A stretch of 64,000 nt of DNA from a virus, in IMG/VR virus record IMGVR_UViG_3300046804_001132, positions 1 to 64,000 of that record. One strand, 5' to 3'. Both the position numbers and the translations under genes were made by a program. Below are positions 8,898 to 19,300 of this stretch, one piece after another. The first letter of the stretch is position 1; each line of letters opens with the position of its first letter. The notes beneath the pieces were generated by a model. The model searched no databases. It saw nothing but the letters and a program-made list of their open reading frames with translations, and was not told where the DNA came from.

Positions 8898-10490
8898 ATG
8901 GATATAAATAAAGTTTCTTGGTCCACAGATAAGCAAAACATTAGACTATCAATGCCAATTGCAAAGGTAGATAAGGAACGTCGTATCGTTTCTGGTTTTG
9001 CAACACTAGACAATGTTGACAAGCAAGGCGATATTGTTCCAGCAGAAGCAAGCATCAAGGCTTTTGAAACTTTCCGTGGCAATCTTAGAGAAATGCATCA
9101 GCCAGTTGCTGTTGGCAAGGTTGTTTCATTCAAAGAAGATAAGTATTTTGATCAAGAATCAAAGAAGTTTTATAATGGCGTTTTCGTTTCTGCTTATGTA
9201 AGCAAGGGTGCTCAGGATACATGGGAAAAGGTCCTTGACGGCACCCTCACAGGATTTTCTATCGGTGGTAGTATTGATAAGGCCGATGATATTTATGATG
9301 AGAATCTAGATAAGCCCATTCGTGTAATCAAAGAATATCAACTTAATGAACTATCCTTGGTTGACAATCCTGCAAACCAGTTTGCTAATGTTGTTAGCAT
9401 TGAAAAAGGCGTAGCAACTGGATATCTTACCAAGGCAGTAATTGAAAATATCTTTTGGTGTAATTCTGATGACATTGTTCGTCTTTCAGGAGACAATTCT
9501 TCTGCTTGCCCCCAATGCGATAAGTCAATGTATAATATTGGTTTTGTTGAAAACAATGACATAGATAAGGCAAATGTTATTAAGTCAATTCTTCTTGAAA
9601 CAAAGAGAAAAGAGTTATCAAAGTCAGTAAATGAGAACGCTTATGTCAAGTGTGATAACTTTTACGGCAAGGTAATTCAAATGATCGAAAAGGGATCAGC
9701 AAGAATTTCTAACGACGAAATGGCTCTTTTTGCAAAAGAAAATGACCCTATTGCCGTTATTCGTGTATATTCACAAAAAGAAGGTACAATTGTACCAACG
9801 AGTCGTCGTGTTATTAAGAATGTTTCTTCATTAGAAACAATTAACACGATAAATAAATCGCAGGTAAAGGAGGTAAGCAAAATGGAAGACACAAATATTG
9901 AACCCACCTCTGTAGATGAGGTTGCCAAGTCAGACGTTATTGTTGTTGATGAATTCGATACAGATGTAACAAAGGCTGTAAATATGAATCAAGAGCAAAT
10001 GAATCCTGAACCACAAACTGCATTCGCTGTTAAGGAAAATGCAGAGACAGAAATGGATGATGCAGGAGACAATCTAGCAACAGAGGCCGATCCAAAAGCC
10101 GATGCCGCTGAAGATGCAGCAGAAGGCGAAATGGATGATCCAAATATGAAGGCAATGGGGCCAGGAGGAAAGGGTTATGACGCAGAACTTCATGCCACAA
10201 AGTCAATTCTTTCAGATGTTACTGTTGCCATTTCTAGCCTTGCCGAAACAATGAAGTCCATTAACGCTAAGATTGAGGACCTTAGCAAGGAAGTTACTGG
10301 AGTTCGTGGCGAGGTAAAGGAAGTAAAGGATAACTATGATAATTTTGGTAAGCGTGTAGACGCAGTAGAAAAGGATACCGCTTTCCGCAAGTCTGGCGAT
10401 CTTGGCGAGATCGTGCAGGAAAATCCAGTAATTATGGAAAAATCCCTATGGGACGGTCGTTTCCTCACAAATGCCGACCTATTTAAATAA
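8898..10490 (+). CDS. Prohead maturation protease fused to scaffolding domain
   Basis: RIVSGFAT...DKQGD, LREMH, TGFSIGG, ELSLVDNPAN protease motifs; acidic coiled-coil C-terminal half. The ATG at 8886 lies inside a TATAAT box (8882-8887), so 8898 is the likelier start. Confidence 0.85.
   Translation: MDINKVSWSTDKQNIRLSMPIAKVDKERRIVSGFATLDNVDKQGDIVPAEASIKAFETFRGNLREMHQPVAVGKVVSFKEDKYFDQESKKFYNGVFVSAYVSKGAQDTWEKVLDGTLTGFSIGGSIDKADDIYDENLDKPIRVIKEYQLNELSLVDNPANQFANVVSIEKGVATGYLTKAVIENIFWCNSDDIVRLSGDNSSACPQCDKSMYNIGFVENNDIDKANVIKSILLETKRKELSKSVNENAYVKCDNFYGKVIQMIEKGSARISNDEMALFAKENDPIAVIRVYSQKEGTIVPTSRRVIKNVSSLETINTINKSQVKEVSKMEDTNIEPTSVDEVAKSDVIVVDEFDTDVTKAVNMNQEQMNPEPQTAFAVKENAETEMDDAGDNLATEADPKADAAEDAAEGEMDDPNMKAMGPGGKGYDAELHATKSILSDVTVAISSLAETMKSINAKIEDLSKEVTGVRGEVKEVKDNYDNFGKRVDAVEKDTAFRKSGDLGEIVQENPVIMEKSLWDGRFLTNADLFK
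9882..10490 (+). CDS. Nested in-frame scaffolding protein (internal start in the protease gene)
   Basis: AAGGAGGT Shine-Dalgarno 7 nt before an in-frame ATG (MEDTNIEP...), exactly where the acidic/coiled-coil region begins. Confidence 0.65.
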   Translation: MEDTNIEPTSVDEVAKSDVIVVDEFDTDVTKAVNMNQEQMNPEPQTAFAVKENAETEMDDAGDNLATEADPKADAAEDAAEGEMDDPNMKAMGPGGKGYDAELHATKSILSDVTVAISSLAETMKSINAKIEDLSKEVTGVRGEVKEVKDNYDNFGKRVDAVEKDTAFRKSGDLGEIVQENPVIMEKSLWDGRFLTNADLFK

Positions 10491-10517
10491 TTAAACATAC
10501 ACAGGAGGTGAAAGTCA

Positions 10518-11612
10518 ATGTCACAAGATATTTTAAAGAATCAGCCTGGTCAGAGCGGAGAGTACGGAGGAACAGCCCCTGGGTTGTACCAAGGTCAAGG
10601 TTCCGTTGCATCAGGTGGTATCGGTACAGTTACCGATCCCGCAGCAGGTATTTTGGGAAACATCCCAAATGCTAATTACGGAGATGATACTCCAATCAGT
10701 ATCAATCCCGTAGGTGCTCCAGGTGGTATTCTAAACCCAGAACAGAGCCGTCGTTTTATCGACTACGTTTGGGATGGCACAGTTCTCGCACAAGACGGTC
10801 GCAAGGTAACAATGCGTGCAAACACGATTGAACTTGAGAAGGTCAATGTAGGAGAGCGTGTAATCCGTGCCGCTGCTCAGGCAGATGGTGCTTACACAAA
10901 CGCTGGTGCAACCTTTACCAAGGTTGATCTTACAACCAAGAAGATTCGTCTAGATTGGGAAGTTTCAACTGAGGCATTGGAAGATAACATCGAAGGTAGT
11001 GCAGTAGAGGATCATCTAGTTCGTTTAATGACAAGTGCATTTGCAAACGACCTTGAGGATCTCGCCATCAATGGCGATGGTGGAGCCGATCCATTCCTAG
11101 GAATCATGAACGGTTTCGTCAATCAAACTACAGGTGGTGACTCACATGAGGCCATTGTCACTGTTACAAACAACCAGTGGACCCCAGAAGTTCTTCAGTC
11201 AATCATCAATGCACTTCCTCGCCGTTACCGTGCAGTCCGTAGCGGTTTGAAGTTCTATGCAGGCACAGATACCTTTGCTGGTATCGTTGCAAGCAACGGA
11301 ACTCTTGCCGATTCAGTCTACACATTCGGTGCTCGTGATACATATCTGTCAGGTGCAGATCAGGCAATCGGTAATGCTCGCATTACTCGCGCCCTTGGTC
11401 TTCCCGTCATGGAAGTTCCTTACTTCCCAGCAGATTATGTAGAACTCACATTCCCACAGAACCGCGTATGGGGCTTCCAGCGCGATATCTCTGTAAATCG
11501 TGAGTACCGTCCAAAGAAGGACACCATCGAATACACAGTATTCGTTCGTTTTGGTATCGCTTGGGAAGAATTGGATGCAATTGCTTACGCAGATGCAGCC
11601 TCTGATGCCTGA
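10518..11612 (+). CDS. Major capsid protein (HK97 fold)
   Basis: GGILNPEQSRRFIDYV, EALEDNIEG, FANDLEDLAINGDG; strong AGGAGGTG RBS; follows the scaffold. Confidence 0.9.
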   Translation: MSQDILKNQPGQSGEYGGTAPGLYQGQGSVASGGIGTVTDPAAGILGNIPNANYGDDTPISINPVGAPGGILNPEQSRRFIDYVWDGTVLAQDGRKVTMRANTIELEKVNVGERVIRAAAQADGAYTNAGATFTKVDLTTKKIRLDWEVSTEALEDNIEGSAVEDHLVRLMTSAFANDLEDLAINGDGGADPFLGIMNGFVNQTTGGDSHEAIVTVTNNQWTPEVLQSIINALPRRYRAVRSGLKFYAGTDTFAGIVASNGTLADSVYTFGARDTYLSGADQAIGNARITRALGLPVMEVPYFPADYVELTFPQNRVWGFQRDISVNREYRPKKDTIEYTVFVRFGIAWEELDAIAYADAASDA

Positions 11613-11635
11613 TTAGATAACTGAAATATACGGCG

Positions 11636-11682
11636 GGGAGGCAGCCTAAAAACTGCCTCCCTTAAGTATATTCTGATATAAT
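11636..11682 (+). terminator. Stem-loop after capsid gene, followed by extended -10 TGA-TATAAT (11674-11682)
   Basis: GGGAGGCAG-cctaaaaa-CTGCCTCCC perfect 9-bp stem. Confidence 0.7.
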
Positions 11683-11700
11683 TGAGAAGGAGGTACTAAC

Positions 11701-12168
11701 ATGTCAGAAAATCTAACTGAGTTGACAGTTAAGGAATTGAAGGAATATGCTGATACAAACAGCATTGACCTTGAGGAAGCAAAGACAAAGGCAGACATAG
11801 TTGCAAAGATCAGTGGAGTTACTTCATCAATTACTGAGGTAAAGCCAGAAGAAAATAGCGATCAGATCGTTATTACTGGTCCAGATCAAGCACCAAAGGC
11901 TCCAGCCGTATCTAACCTTAATTCTGAAAAAGACGGAATTATTGGATCAAAGGTTGCCGACAAGCCTGTTGCCAAGGTCAAGCACAAGGAAGAAGCAGTA
12001 GAGAAGGTTGCTATTTGGTCACCCAAGAATTCTTATTGGGAAGGTATAGGAAAGGTAAAGGCTGGCTACAATATTGTCACCAAGGAGGCTTCCGCTAAGT
12101 GGCTTACTCGTAAGGGTGTTAGACTAGCAACACCACAAGAGATGGCTACCTTTTACGGGAAAGAATAA
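11701..12168 (+). CDS. Head-associated protein with N-terminal HeH/Rho-N-like helix-extension-helix
   Basis: LTELTVKELKEYA...KTKADIVAKI motif; AAGGAGG RBS; position after the capsid gene. Confidence 0.55.
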   Translation: MSENLTELTVKELKEYADTNSIDLEEAKTKADIVAKISGVTSSITEVKPEENSDQIVITGPDQAPKAPAVSNLNSEKDGIIGSKVADKPVAKVKHKEEAVEKVAIWSPKNSYWEGIGKVKAGYNIVTKEASAKWLTRKGVRLATPQEMATFYGKE

Positions 12169-13109
12169 TGGAGATTGCTAGATTAGAGCCATTCCCACTT
12201 GTAATAACATATTCTGATCTGGAAAATGATTCAGAGTACAATGTTGTAATTTCTGATGATCATAGTAATGTTCTTGAAAATATTACAGCAACAAGTAATG
12301 GGAGTGGCAATCTAGCAGTCACATTAACAGACTATTTTTCAAAATATGATGACGAATACATGGTTCAAATTTTTGATGCCGATGATGTTCTTGTCGTACT
12401 AGATACGCTTACAATTATGCGTCCATATGTTATTCCTAGTTCTCTTGCTACAACAGAAGAAGAATTAATAAGCATTACAGACTATGAAATGATTGCCCGT
12501 GCGATTATTAACTCTATTACTGGTGGATTTAAGTATACCCTTGAAAGAATTGAGGCAGTTGGACTTGGAACAGATTATTTATCACTTCCATATCGCCTAA
12601 ACAAAATTTTGCAGGTATATGAAAATAACGTTTTAGTATATGACTCAGAAGATCCAGAGTTTGTCAATGTAAGAGAATATTATATTACCCCAGACAAGGC
12701 AACCATTAGTGTTGTTTATCAGGGGGCATGGGATAGAAGACAAGGAAACTCTGTAGACACAGAACTTGCTGCATCAGACTCATTTACACTTCACAATACC
12801 AATGACTCTCCCAACATCATTCAGGCAAGAACTGGCGTGCCAGCATTTCCAAATGGATGGGATTATACAGTTAATGTTGAAGCAGGATGGCCTATTATTC
12901 CGCTTGATATAAAGCAAGCAACAACTCTCATCATTAATGATATTAAGTGCAATAACTTGCCATATGTCAACCAATATATTTCAGAATACAAGAGCGATCA
13001 GTTTAATATCAAGTTTAGCGAGTTGGCATTTAAAGATACTGGAAACAGAATTGCTGACAGAATTCTATCCGCTTATGTTAGACCAATTTATCGTCTTGGA
13101 GTGTTGTAA
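12168..13109 (+). CDS. Head-tail adaptor/connector
   Basis: Synteny; ARAIINSITG...GW-IIPLDIKQAT...TGNRIADRIL pattern of gp6/gp15-like adaptors. Confidence 0.6.
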   Translation: MEIARLEPFPLVITYSDLENDSEYNVVISDDHSNVLENITATSNGSGNLAVTLTDYFSKYDDEYMVQIFDADDVLVVLDTLTIMRPYVIPSSLATTEEELISITDYEMIARAIINSITGGFKYTLERIEAVGLGTDYLSLPYRLNKILQVYENNVLVYDSEDPEFVNVREYYITPDKATISVVYQGAWDRRQGNSVDTELAASDSFTLHNTNDSPNIIQARTGVPAFPNGWDYTVNVEAGWPIIPLDIKQATTLIINDIKCNNLPYVNQYISEYKSDQFNIKFSELAFKDTGNRIADRILSAYVRPIYRLGVL

Positions 13110-13591
13110 TGCAACTGAGTCCATGTTATAGTTTGTTTTTTCCAATGCATGTTGATATTTATTATGCAGTAGAAGAACAAGACGCCTATGGGAAAATGAC
13201 TAAAAAGTGGTTGCTTGATAGGACAGAACATTGCTCAATCTTTTCCATAAGTGATAAGGCTAATGACGAAAACTTTACTTTTGATTCTACTAGAAGAGTC
13301 GGAACAGAATTCTTCAAATTAGAGACAATGCTTTATGGGAGAACTCAAACTGACATTAGAAAGGCTTCAGACGGGGTATACCATCCAGTTTCTCACATAT
13401 TAGTTAAGAATATTCGTGGATTAGAAACAGATCCTTCATTCTTTATTGAAACAGTTGGTGGATATGTAGGACAACCAACTATCTATGAAATAAAAGCAAA
13501 TCAGCCATATGTTGGTCCATTTAACAATATTGAATATTACAAAGTTCAATTAGAAAGATCAGATATTCAAGGGGAGTTGCCAACATGCTAG
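13109..13591 (+). CDS. Head closure / stopper protein (putative)
   Basis: Synteny, size and the QDAYG...W N-terminal motif. Confidence 0.5.
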   Translation: MQLSPCYSLFFPMHVDIYYAVEEQDAYGKMTKKWLLDRTEHCSIFSISDKANDENFTFDSTRRVGTEFFKLETMLYGRTQTDIRKASDGVYHPVSHILVKNIRGLETDPSFFIETVGGYVGQPTIYEIKANQPYVGPFNNIEYYKVQLERSDIQGELPTC

Positions 13592-14259
13592 CAGTAAAGG
13601 TTGATGCAATAAATCTGGGGAATATATTAAAGAATAGCGTTAATTATTCTAATGGCTTCATTGAAGGAGTAGAGTTAGAAAAAATTGAGTTTAACAGAAT
13701 TTTGGGTGGGTATACTGTAGAGGCTTTAGGAAAGTATATTGATGCAAAAGCAAGAATGAACCCTAATGCCCTTCATCACGTTTATGAATGGGATTGTGTG
13801 GGACAGTCAAACTCAAGATTATTTAACTTTAGCGTAAATGCAACTCAGTCTAATATATCAATTACTGGGAAATTCCTTCCATCTAAAACAATGAGTTCAA
13901 CATCTATGCAGACTTTTCCAGACAAGGCAAATGTCATGGAAAATTCAATTGCCATAACTATTAAGCCAAAAAGATCAGATGTTCTAGTATTTGAGGCTGA
14001 TGGAGAAACAGTGTTTACAAGAAATTCTATTTATATAGAACATCCTGGTGGAGATGAAGTTGCTGGAAGTTTTGGCAATACGGTTGATGATTTTTTCAAC
14101 AACTACTTTACAAATTCTTTACTTAGACCCTTTATTGAAAAACTTTCTACTGCAAAAGAATTTTCTGAAAACTTTGCCCAGGGAACTAAGTCTGGCAAAT
14201 CTGTAGGGGTAAAAGCAGGAAGAAAATATTTTGATATCTCTGGAGTTGTTATAGAATGA
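13585..14259 (+). CDS. Neck / tail completion protein (putative)
   Basis: Synteny; ITIKPK...VLVF...VFT...HPGG motif seen in neck proteins. Confidence 0.45.
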   Translation: MLAVKVDAINLGNILKNSVNYSNGFIEGVELEKIEFNRILGGYTVEALGKYIDAKARMNPNALHHVYEWDCVGQSNSRLFNFSVNATQSNISITGKFLPSKTMSSTSMQTFPDKANVMENSIAITIKPKRSDVLVFEADGETVFTRNSIYIEHPGGDEVAGSFGNTVDDFFNNYFTNSLLRPFIEKLSTAKEFSENFAQGTKSGKSVGVKAGRKYFDISGVVIE

Positions 14260-14759
14260 GTCTTTCAGATCTTACCCTTCCAGTATTGACTGTAAATGGA
14301 TACCTTTGGGATACCATGAAGCAACTTGAGCCAACTTTCAATACCACATATGGATCTACCGTTCCATTTTTCCCACTAAGCGATTCTGCAAGCGGATCTG
14401 GATGGGAAAACAAGGCTTATGTAATCTATGACAGAATAATGAGAACAACCTCTAGCCCATTTTACCCAATAAAGAAAGATCATATAATTTACAATATCAA
14501 GGCAAATGATATTGAATCCTTGCAATGGGGATTGGCCGTTCAGTATATTCTTGATAGATGTGATGATGCCGCACAGGATATAAACGAATGGAATAGAAAT
14601 AGAGATACCCAATATAATGTATATTTTCATAATTTGAGGGTATATCAAGAAGATTCTTCAATCAACAGAAACTTCAGCACAAGACCATTCTATATTACTC
14701 AATTCATTGTTGAGGCAGAATATCATTTTACAGACTCAATAGAGTCTATTTTGTCATAA
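14256..14759 (+). CDS. Tail terminator protein (putative)
   Basis: Synteny immediately before the tail tube gene, 167 aa. Confidence 0.45.
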   Translation: MSLSDLTLPVLTVNGYLWDTMKQLEPTFNTTYGSTVPFFPLSDSASGSGWENKAYVIYDRIMRTTSSPFYPIKKDHIIYNIKANDIESLQWGLAVQYILDRCDDAAQDINEWNRNRDTQYNVYFHNLRVYQEDSSINRNFSTRPFYITQFIVEAEYHFTDSIESILS

Positions 14760-14821
14760 AAATGCTATATAATTGTAATGAGGAAACACCGCCAATCTAA
14801 TTAAAGAAGAGGTGAAAAAAT

Positions 14822-15499
14822 ATGGCATATACCCGTGGTGATTCAAAGCAGATTATCGTTGGCGCAGCAGCACTTTTCGTCAGCGTAGATGCAGAATTTG
14901 ACCCAACAAATGCAAGCCCAACACTTCCAGATTTCGACGGTGATGTAAAGTACACAGAGACACTTTCCGATGCAACTACTGTTGTTCGCAACATCGGTTA
15001 CACAAGCAATGGTCTTGAACTACAATTCCAGCCAGATTTCGGTGAAGTACAAGTGGATCAGTTGCTAGACGTTGCAAAACTCTACAAGCAAGGTATGCAG
15101 GTTAACCTAAATACCAGTTTCGCAGAAGCAACACTTGAGAACCTTCTTGTTGCTATTGCAGCACAAGATGCAGATCTTGATGCTGATACACAACTTGATA
15201 ATCCACTAGAAAGTGGAACAAAGGCTGACGCTAGCGTTCTTAATGTAAAGTCAGGTGAAATTGGAGAATGTCCAGTAGAGCGTGGACTCATTGCAGTAGG
15301 CCCAGGTACAGGAGACTGTGCTCCAGGCAACTACATTGAGCGCATTTACGTTGCTTACCGTGCATTGTCAATCGACAATGTTACAGTATCTGCAAAGCGC
15401 GATGCTCCTTCAATGTTCGACGTATCCTTCCGTTTGCTCCCAGCAAACAATGGTTCATACGGAAAGATTGTTGATCGTACCGTTGCAACACCAGCATAA
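14822..15499 (+). CDS. Major tail (tube) protein
   Basis: IIVGAAALF, IGYTSNGL, VDQLLD, FAEATLENL motifs of siphoviral tube proteins; GAGGTG RBS; followed by a terminator. Confidence 0.8.
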   Translation: MAYTRGDSKQIIVGAAALFVSVDAEFDPTNASPTLPDFDGDVKYTETLSDATTVVRNIGYTSNGLELQFQPDFGEVQVDQLLDVAKLYKQGMQVNLNTSFAEATLENLLVAIAAQDADLDADTQLDNPLESGTKADASVLNVKSGEIGECPVERGLIAVGPGTGDCAPGNYIERIYVAYRALSIDNVTVSAKRDAPSMFDVSFRLLPANNGSYGKIVDRTVATPA

Positions 15500-15523
15500 T
15501 TCAAAATAACTTAATAGTCGATT

Positions 15524-15562
15524 GCCCCTCTGGAAACAGGGGGGCTTTCGTCATGCTATAAT
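15524..15562 (+). terminator. GAAA-loop terminator after the tail tube gene, followed by TGC-TATAAT (15554-15562)
   Basis: GCCCCTCTG-GAAA-CAGGGGGGC-TTT. Confidence 0.7.
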
Positions 15563-15592
15563 ATTTTCCACAATAGTTATGAAAGGACTATA

Positions 15593-15928
15593 ATGCCAAC
15601 ATCAGTATATGAAACAACAGAAATTGAACTCCTTGATGGAAGCAAGGTAAAGATGCGTCCATTGAAGATCTCTCTTCTTAGAGACTTCATGAAGAAGTTT
15701 GAAAGCATTCAGCAGGTTGCTGAAGATAATGACAAGTCTATGGATATTCTTATTGACTGTGTTCAGATTGCTATGAAGCAATATGCCCCAGATTTTGCGG
15801 TAGACCGTGAGAAGTTAGAAGACAATATTGATCTTCCTAGCGTATATAAGGTAATTGAGGCAGCCTCTGGAATCAAGTTTGATGATTCGGGAAACGCTCT
15901 GGCGACGGGGATTCTTGGTCAGAACTAG
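15593..15928 (+). CDS. Tail assembly chaperone (gpG-like)
   Basis: Between tail tube and tape measure; carries slippery G GGA AAC near its 3' end. Confidence 0.75.
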   Translation: MPTSVYETTEIELLDGSKVKMRPLKISLLRDFMKKFESIQQVAEDNDKSMDILIDCVQIAMKQYAPDFAVDREKLEDNIDLPSVYKVIEAASGIKFDDSGNALATGILGQN

Positions 15929-16284
15929 ACCTAGTAAGATTAGAATCTGAATTATTCCTTTTAGGAATATGGAAGGATTATGAAGAGTTAGAAAATAATC
16001 TTTCTATGCCAGAACTTACTGCAATCCTCGTCGCTAAACGTGAATCAGATAATCAAGAGAAAAAGTTTCTTGCTGCTTTACAAGGGGTAGATCTTGATAA
16101 AGAGTCTGGTGCGTCTTCTAATGCTTGGGAGGATATGAAGGCTCGCGTATTTAGCGGAGGAAAGGCTGCAAATTCAAAAGATATCCTTTCTTTATCTGGA
16201 ATTAATGCACAGAAAGCAGGTTTTGGTATTGGCGATGGCTTGGAATATTCCAACGCTTCTAATGCAAAAAATCCTTTTGGGTAG
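15889..16284 (+). CDS. Tail assembly chaperone, -1 frameshift extension (gpGT-like)
   Basis: The -1 frame is open from GGGAAAC (15889-15895) through RSGDGDSWSELDLVRLESELFLLGIWKDYEELENNLS into the listed ORF 16006-16284. Confidence 0.75.
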   Translation, partial: GKRSGDGDSWSELDLVRLESELFLLGIWKDYEELENNLSMPELTAILVAKRESDNQEKKFLAALQGVDLDKESGASSNAWEDMKARVFSGGKAANSKDILSLSGINAQKAGFGIGDGLEYSNASNAKNPFG

Positions 16285-16311
16285 TGTATAATTAAACAGA
16301 GGTGCTAATCT

Positions 16312-19300
16312 GTGGCTGATGTAAATGCAAATATAAATATTAATGTTGACCCTAGTGATGCACTAGCGTCATTAAAGAGTTTGCAAGACAGAATTACTCA
16401 GTTCAATAACTCTGTTATTAAAAGTAATACTGCTGCGGTAGCCGCTCAAAAAAGTCTATTAAATACTCTTAATGCTCAAATTGGTGTAGCAGGACAATTC
16501 TCTACGTCAATAGTAAATGTTGAGTCAAGCGTAAACAGGCTTGGAACGGCCATTGATAAAAATAAACTATCTCTTGGAGAATATTTTAGGTATGGTATTG
16601 CTTCAACAAAAAGTTTTGGCAAGGTATTTTCACAAGAACATAATGCTATTATGGATCTTGCTCAAGATAGAGTAAAAAGACTTCAAACTCAATATATAGC
16701 CCTTGAAAAAGCGCAAAATGGAGCAACAAAGGCAATGGCCGTAAGGCCAATGACCCTGTTTAATGCTGATACAGCAATAGCAATTCAAAGACAGCAACTC
16801 TTTAATAAACTACTTCATGACGGAAGCACAAGCCTAATTAATTTTGGTAAGAATACGCAATGGGCTGGTCGTCAGTTGATGGTTGGATTTAGCGTTCCGT
16901 TAGCAGCATTTGGAGCAGCAGCAAGTAAAGTTTTCATGGATCTTGATAAGCAGTCAAGAGATTTTAAGCGTGTTTACGGAGATGCCTTTACTACTCCAGA
17001 AGAGATAGATCAAAATCTTAAGGCTATTCAGGATCTAGGAAAAGAATACACTAAATATGGTATTGCTCTTTCTGACACAATGAATATTGGAGCAACTGCT
17101 GCTGCCGCTGGTATGAGAAACGATAAACTTACTGCTAATACAGAGCAGGCATTGAGGTTGGCAACTGTAGGTCAAATTGACTATCAACAGGCTTTGACAA
17201 CGACTATTACTTTGCAAAATGCTTTTAAGATTAGCAACGAACAACTTGCGCCAACTGTTGATTTTATTGGTGCAGTGGCAAACCAAACTGTTCTTAGTGT
17301 AGACGATCTTACCGCCGCCATTCCTCGTGTTGCTCCAGTCATTCAAGGTTTGGGCGGTGACGTAAAGGATCTGGCCGTCATGTTGGTTGCTATGAAAGAG
17401 GGTGGAGTATCAGCAGAACAGGGAGCCAACGCATTAAAGTCTGGTTTGGCTTCACTAATTAATCCAACAAAAGCAGGTGCAAAAGCCGCTGAACAATATG
17501 GAATAAATATTAAAAAGATTGTTCAGGTAAATAGGGGCGACCTTATGGGTACAGTAGAGGCTTTTGGCGCTGCACTTGGAAAACTAGATCAATTTAGCCG
17601 TCAGCAAGTCCTTGAAAAAGTTTTTGGAAAATATCAATTTGCTCGTATTGGCGCATTGTTTGATAACATCAACAATAAGACTGGTCAAGTAAAGCAATCA
17701 ATGGATCTTCTTGGCATGAGTGTTCAAGATCTTGCAGCAATGTCTGACAAATCTTTGAACCAAATTGCGGAATCCACAACTGCAAAGTTTCAATCAGCAG
17801 TAGAAAAGTTAAAGATTGCTATTGCTCCCATTGGAGAAACATTTCTTAAGGTTGCCACTCCAGTAATTGAGTTTGCAACAAAATTACTTGATAAGTTTAA
17901 TGAACTTAGTCCTGGAGTAAAGCAATTTATAACTATTTTAACAATTGGCCTTGGAGCAGTTGTTCCTGCAACCATCATGCTTGTAGGTCTTTTTGCCAAC
18001 TTTGCTGGTAACATGATTAAAGGTTTGTCTTTAGTAAATACACTTTTTAATAAAATAAAAAGTGGTGGCTCTGTATTCAAGTATATGACTGGAGAAGAAC
18101 TTGACGCAGCCGCAGCAGCATCTTCATTAGAAGGAAAAACAAATAGACTAACATCTGCTCTTAATGTTCAAAAAGAAGCAGTAATATCTTTAACTCGTGC
18201 ATACGCTTCATATGTTCGTGGAGCAAATGCGGCAGCAGGAGGTTTGCCTCAAGGATTTAGGACACCTAGAAGAATGGCGACTGGTGGAATTGTTCCTGGA
18301 TCTGGAAATCAAGATTCTGTTCCAGCACTTCTTACTCCTGGAGAATCTGTAATAACAAAAAGTGCAACACAAAAATTTGGACCAATTCTTGAAGCAATGA
18401 ATCAAGGTAAAATTGGAAGATTTGCCAAAGGCGACATTAATATTGGCGGTGGTGAAATATTAAATATTGCTACTGGAGGCGTAAAGCAGGATGCAGCAAT
18501 ACAAAACATGGTTGATCGTGCTTTACAAGCAGGCCAAGGGGTGGCAGACTCACTTATTCAAATTCTTAGAGATATGCAATCTGCTCAACAAGTTGCAAGA
18601 CAAGAAGGAATAGAACTTAAGGCTAGCGCAAAAGAAGTTAAAAGAGCAATGCTTGATGCTGGAATGTCCCTAAAGGGAGTTTCAGAAGCCAGATATAATG
18701 CAAGTTCTGCTGGTATAAAAGGGGGAATACAGCAGGGTATTGCACAAAATCCATTAATGAATCCTCAACAAGCACAACAAGAATTTGCTCGCGCTACCGC
18801 AGCGGCACAAGAAGCAAGAAGCGAAATAGCAAGATATTATGCTCAATTATTAGAAAACGATTCATTAGAACAAAGTCAAAGAATGGCATTGGAAAGTGAA
18901 AGAGATGCTGCATTAAGAAGTGCTACTCAAATTACTAGGGCGCATACAGCACAACTTTCCAATTTTGAAAAAACTTTTGCAGAAGCATGGGACCCAAGAC
19001 TTTGGATGCCTCAAACTGAATCAGAAAATCAACTTTCAAACATTCTTGCTGGATCTGAAACAAATAGACAATTATATGAAAATCATTTAAGAAGTATTGT
19101 TCAGGATTCAGATCAAGCAGATTCCATAATGCGTAAGATTAATGGAAACTTGGCATTGACTGAAGAAGAATTGCAGATTCAATCCAGAGTTCTACAAGAT
19201 ATGTTGGCTACTACATCAACAATGTCCCGCGTTACTGGAGGATTTGCCCCAAGTGCAGTCGGGGCAGTAGGTGCTGCCAGAGCAAGAGCATCAATGCCAG

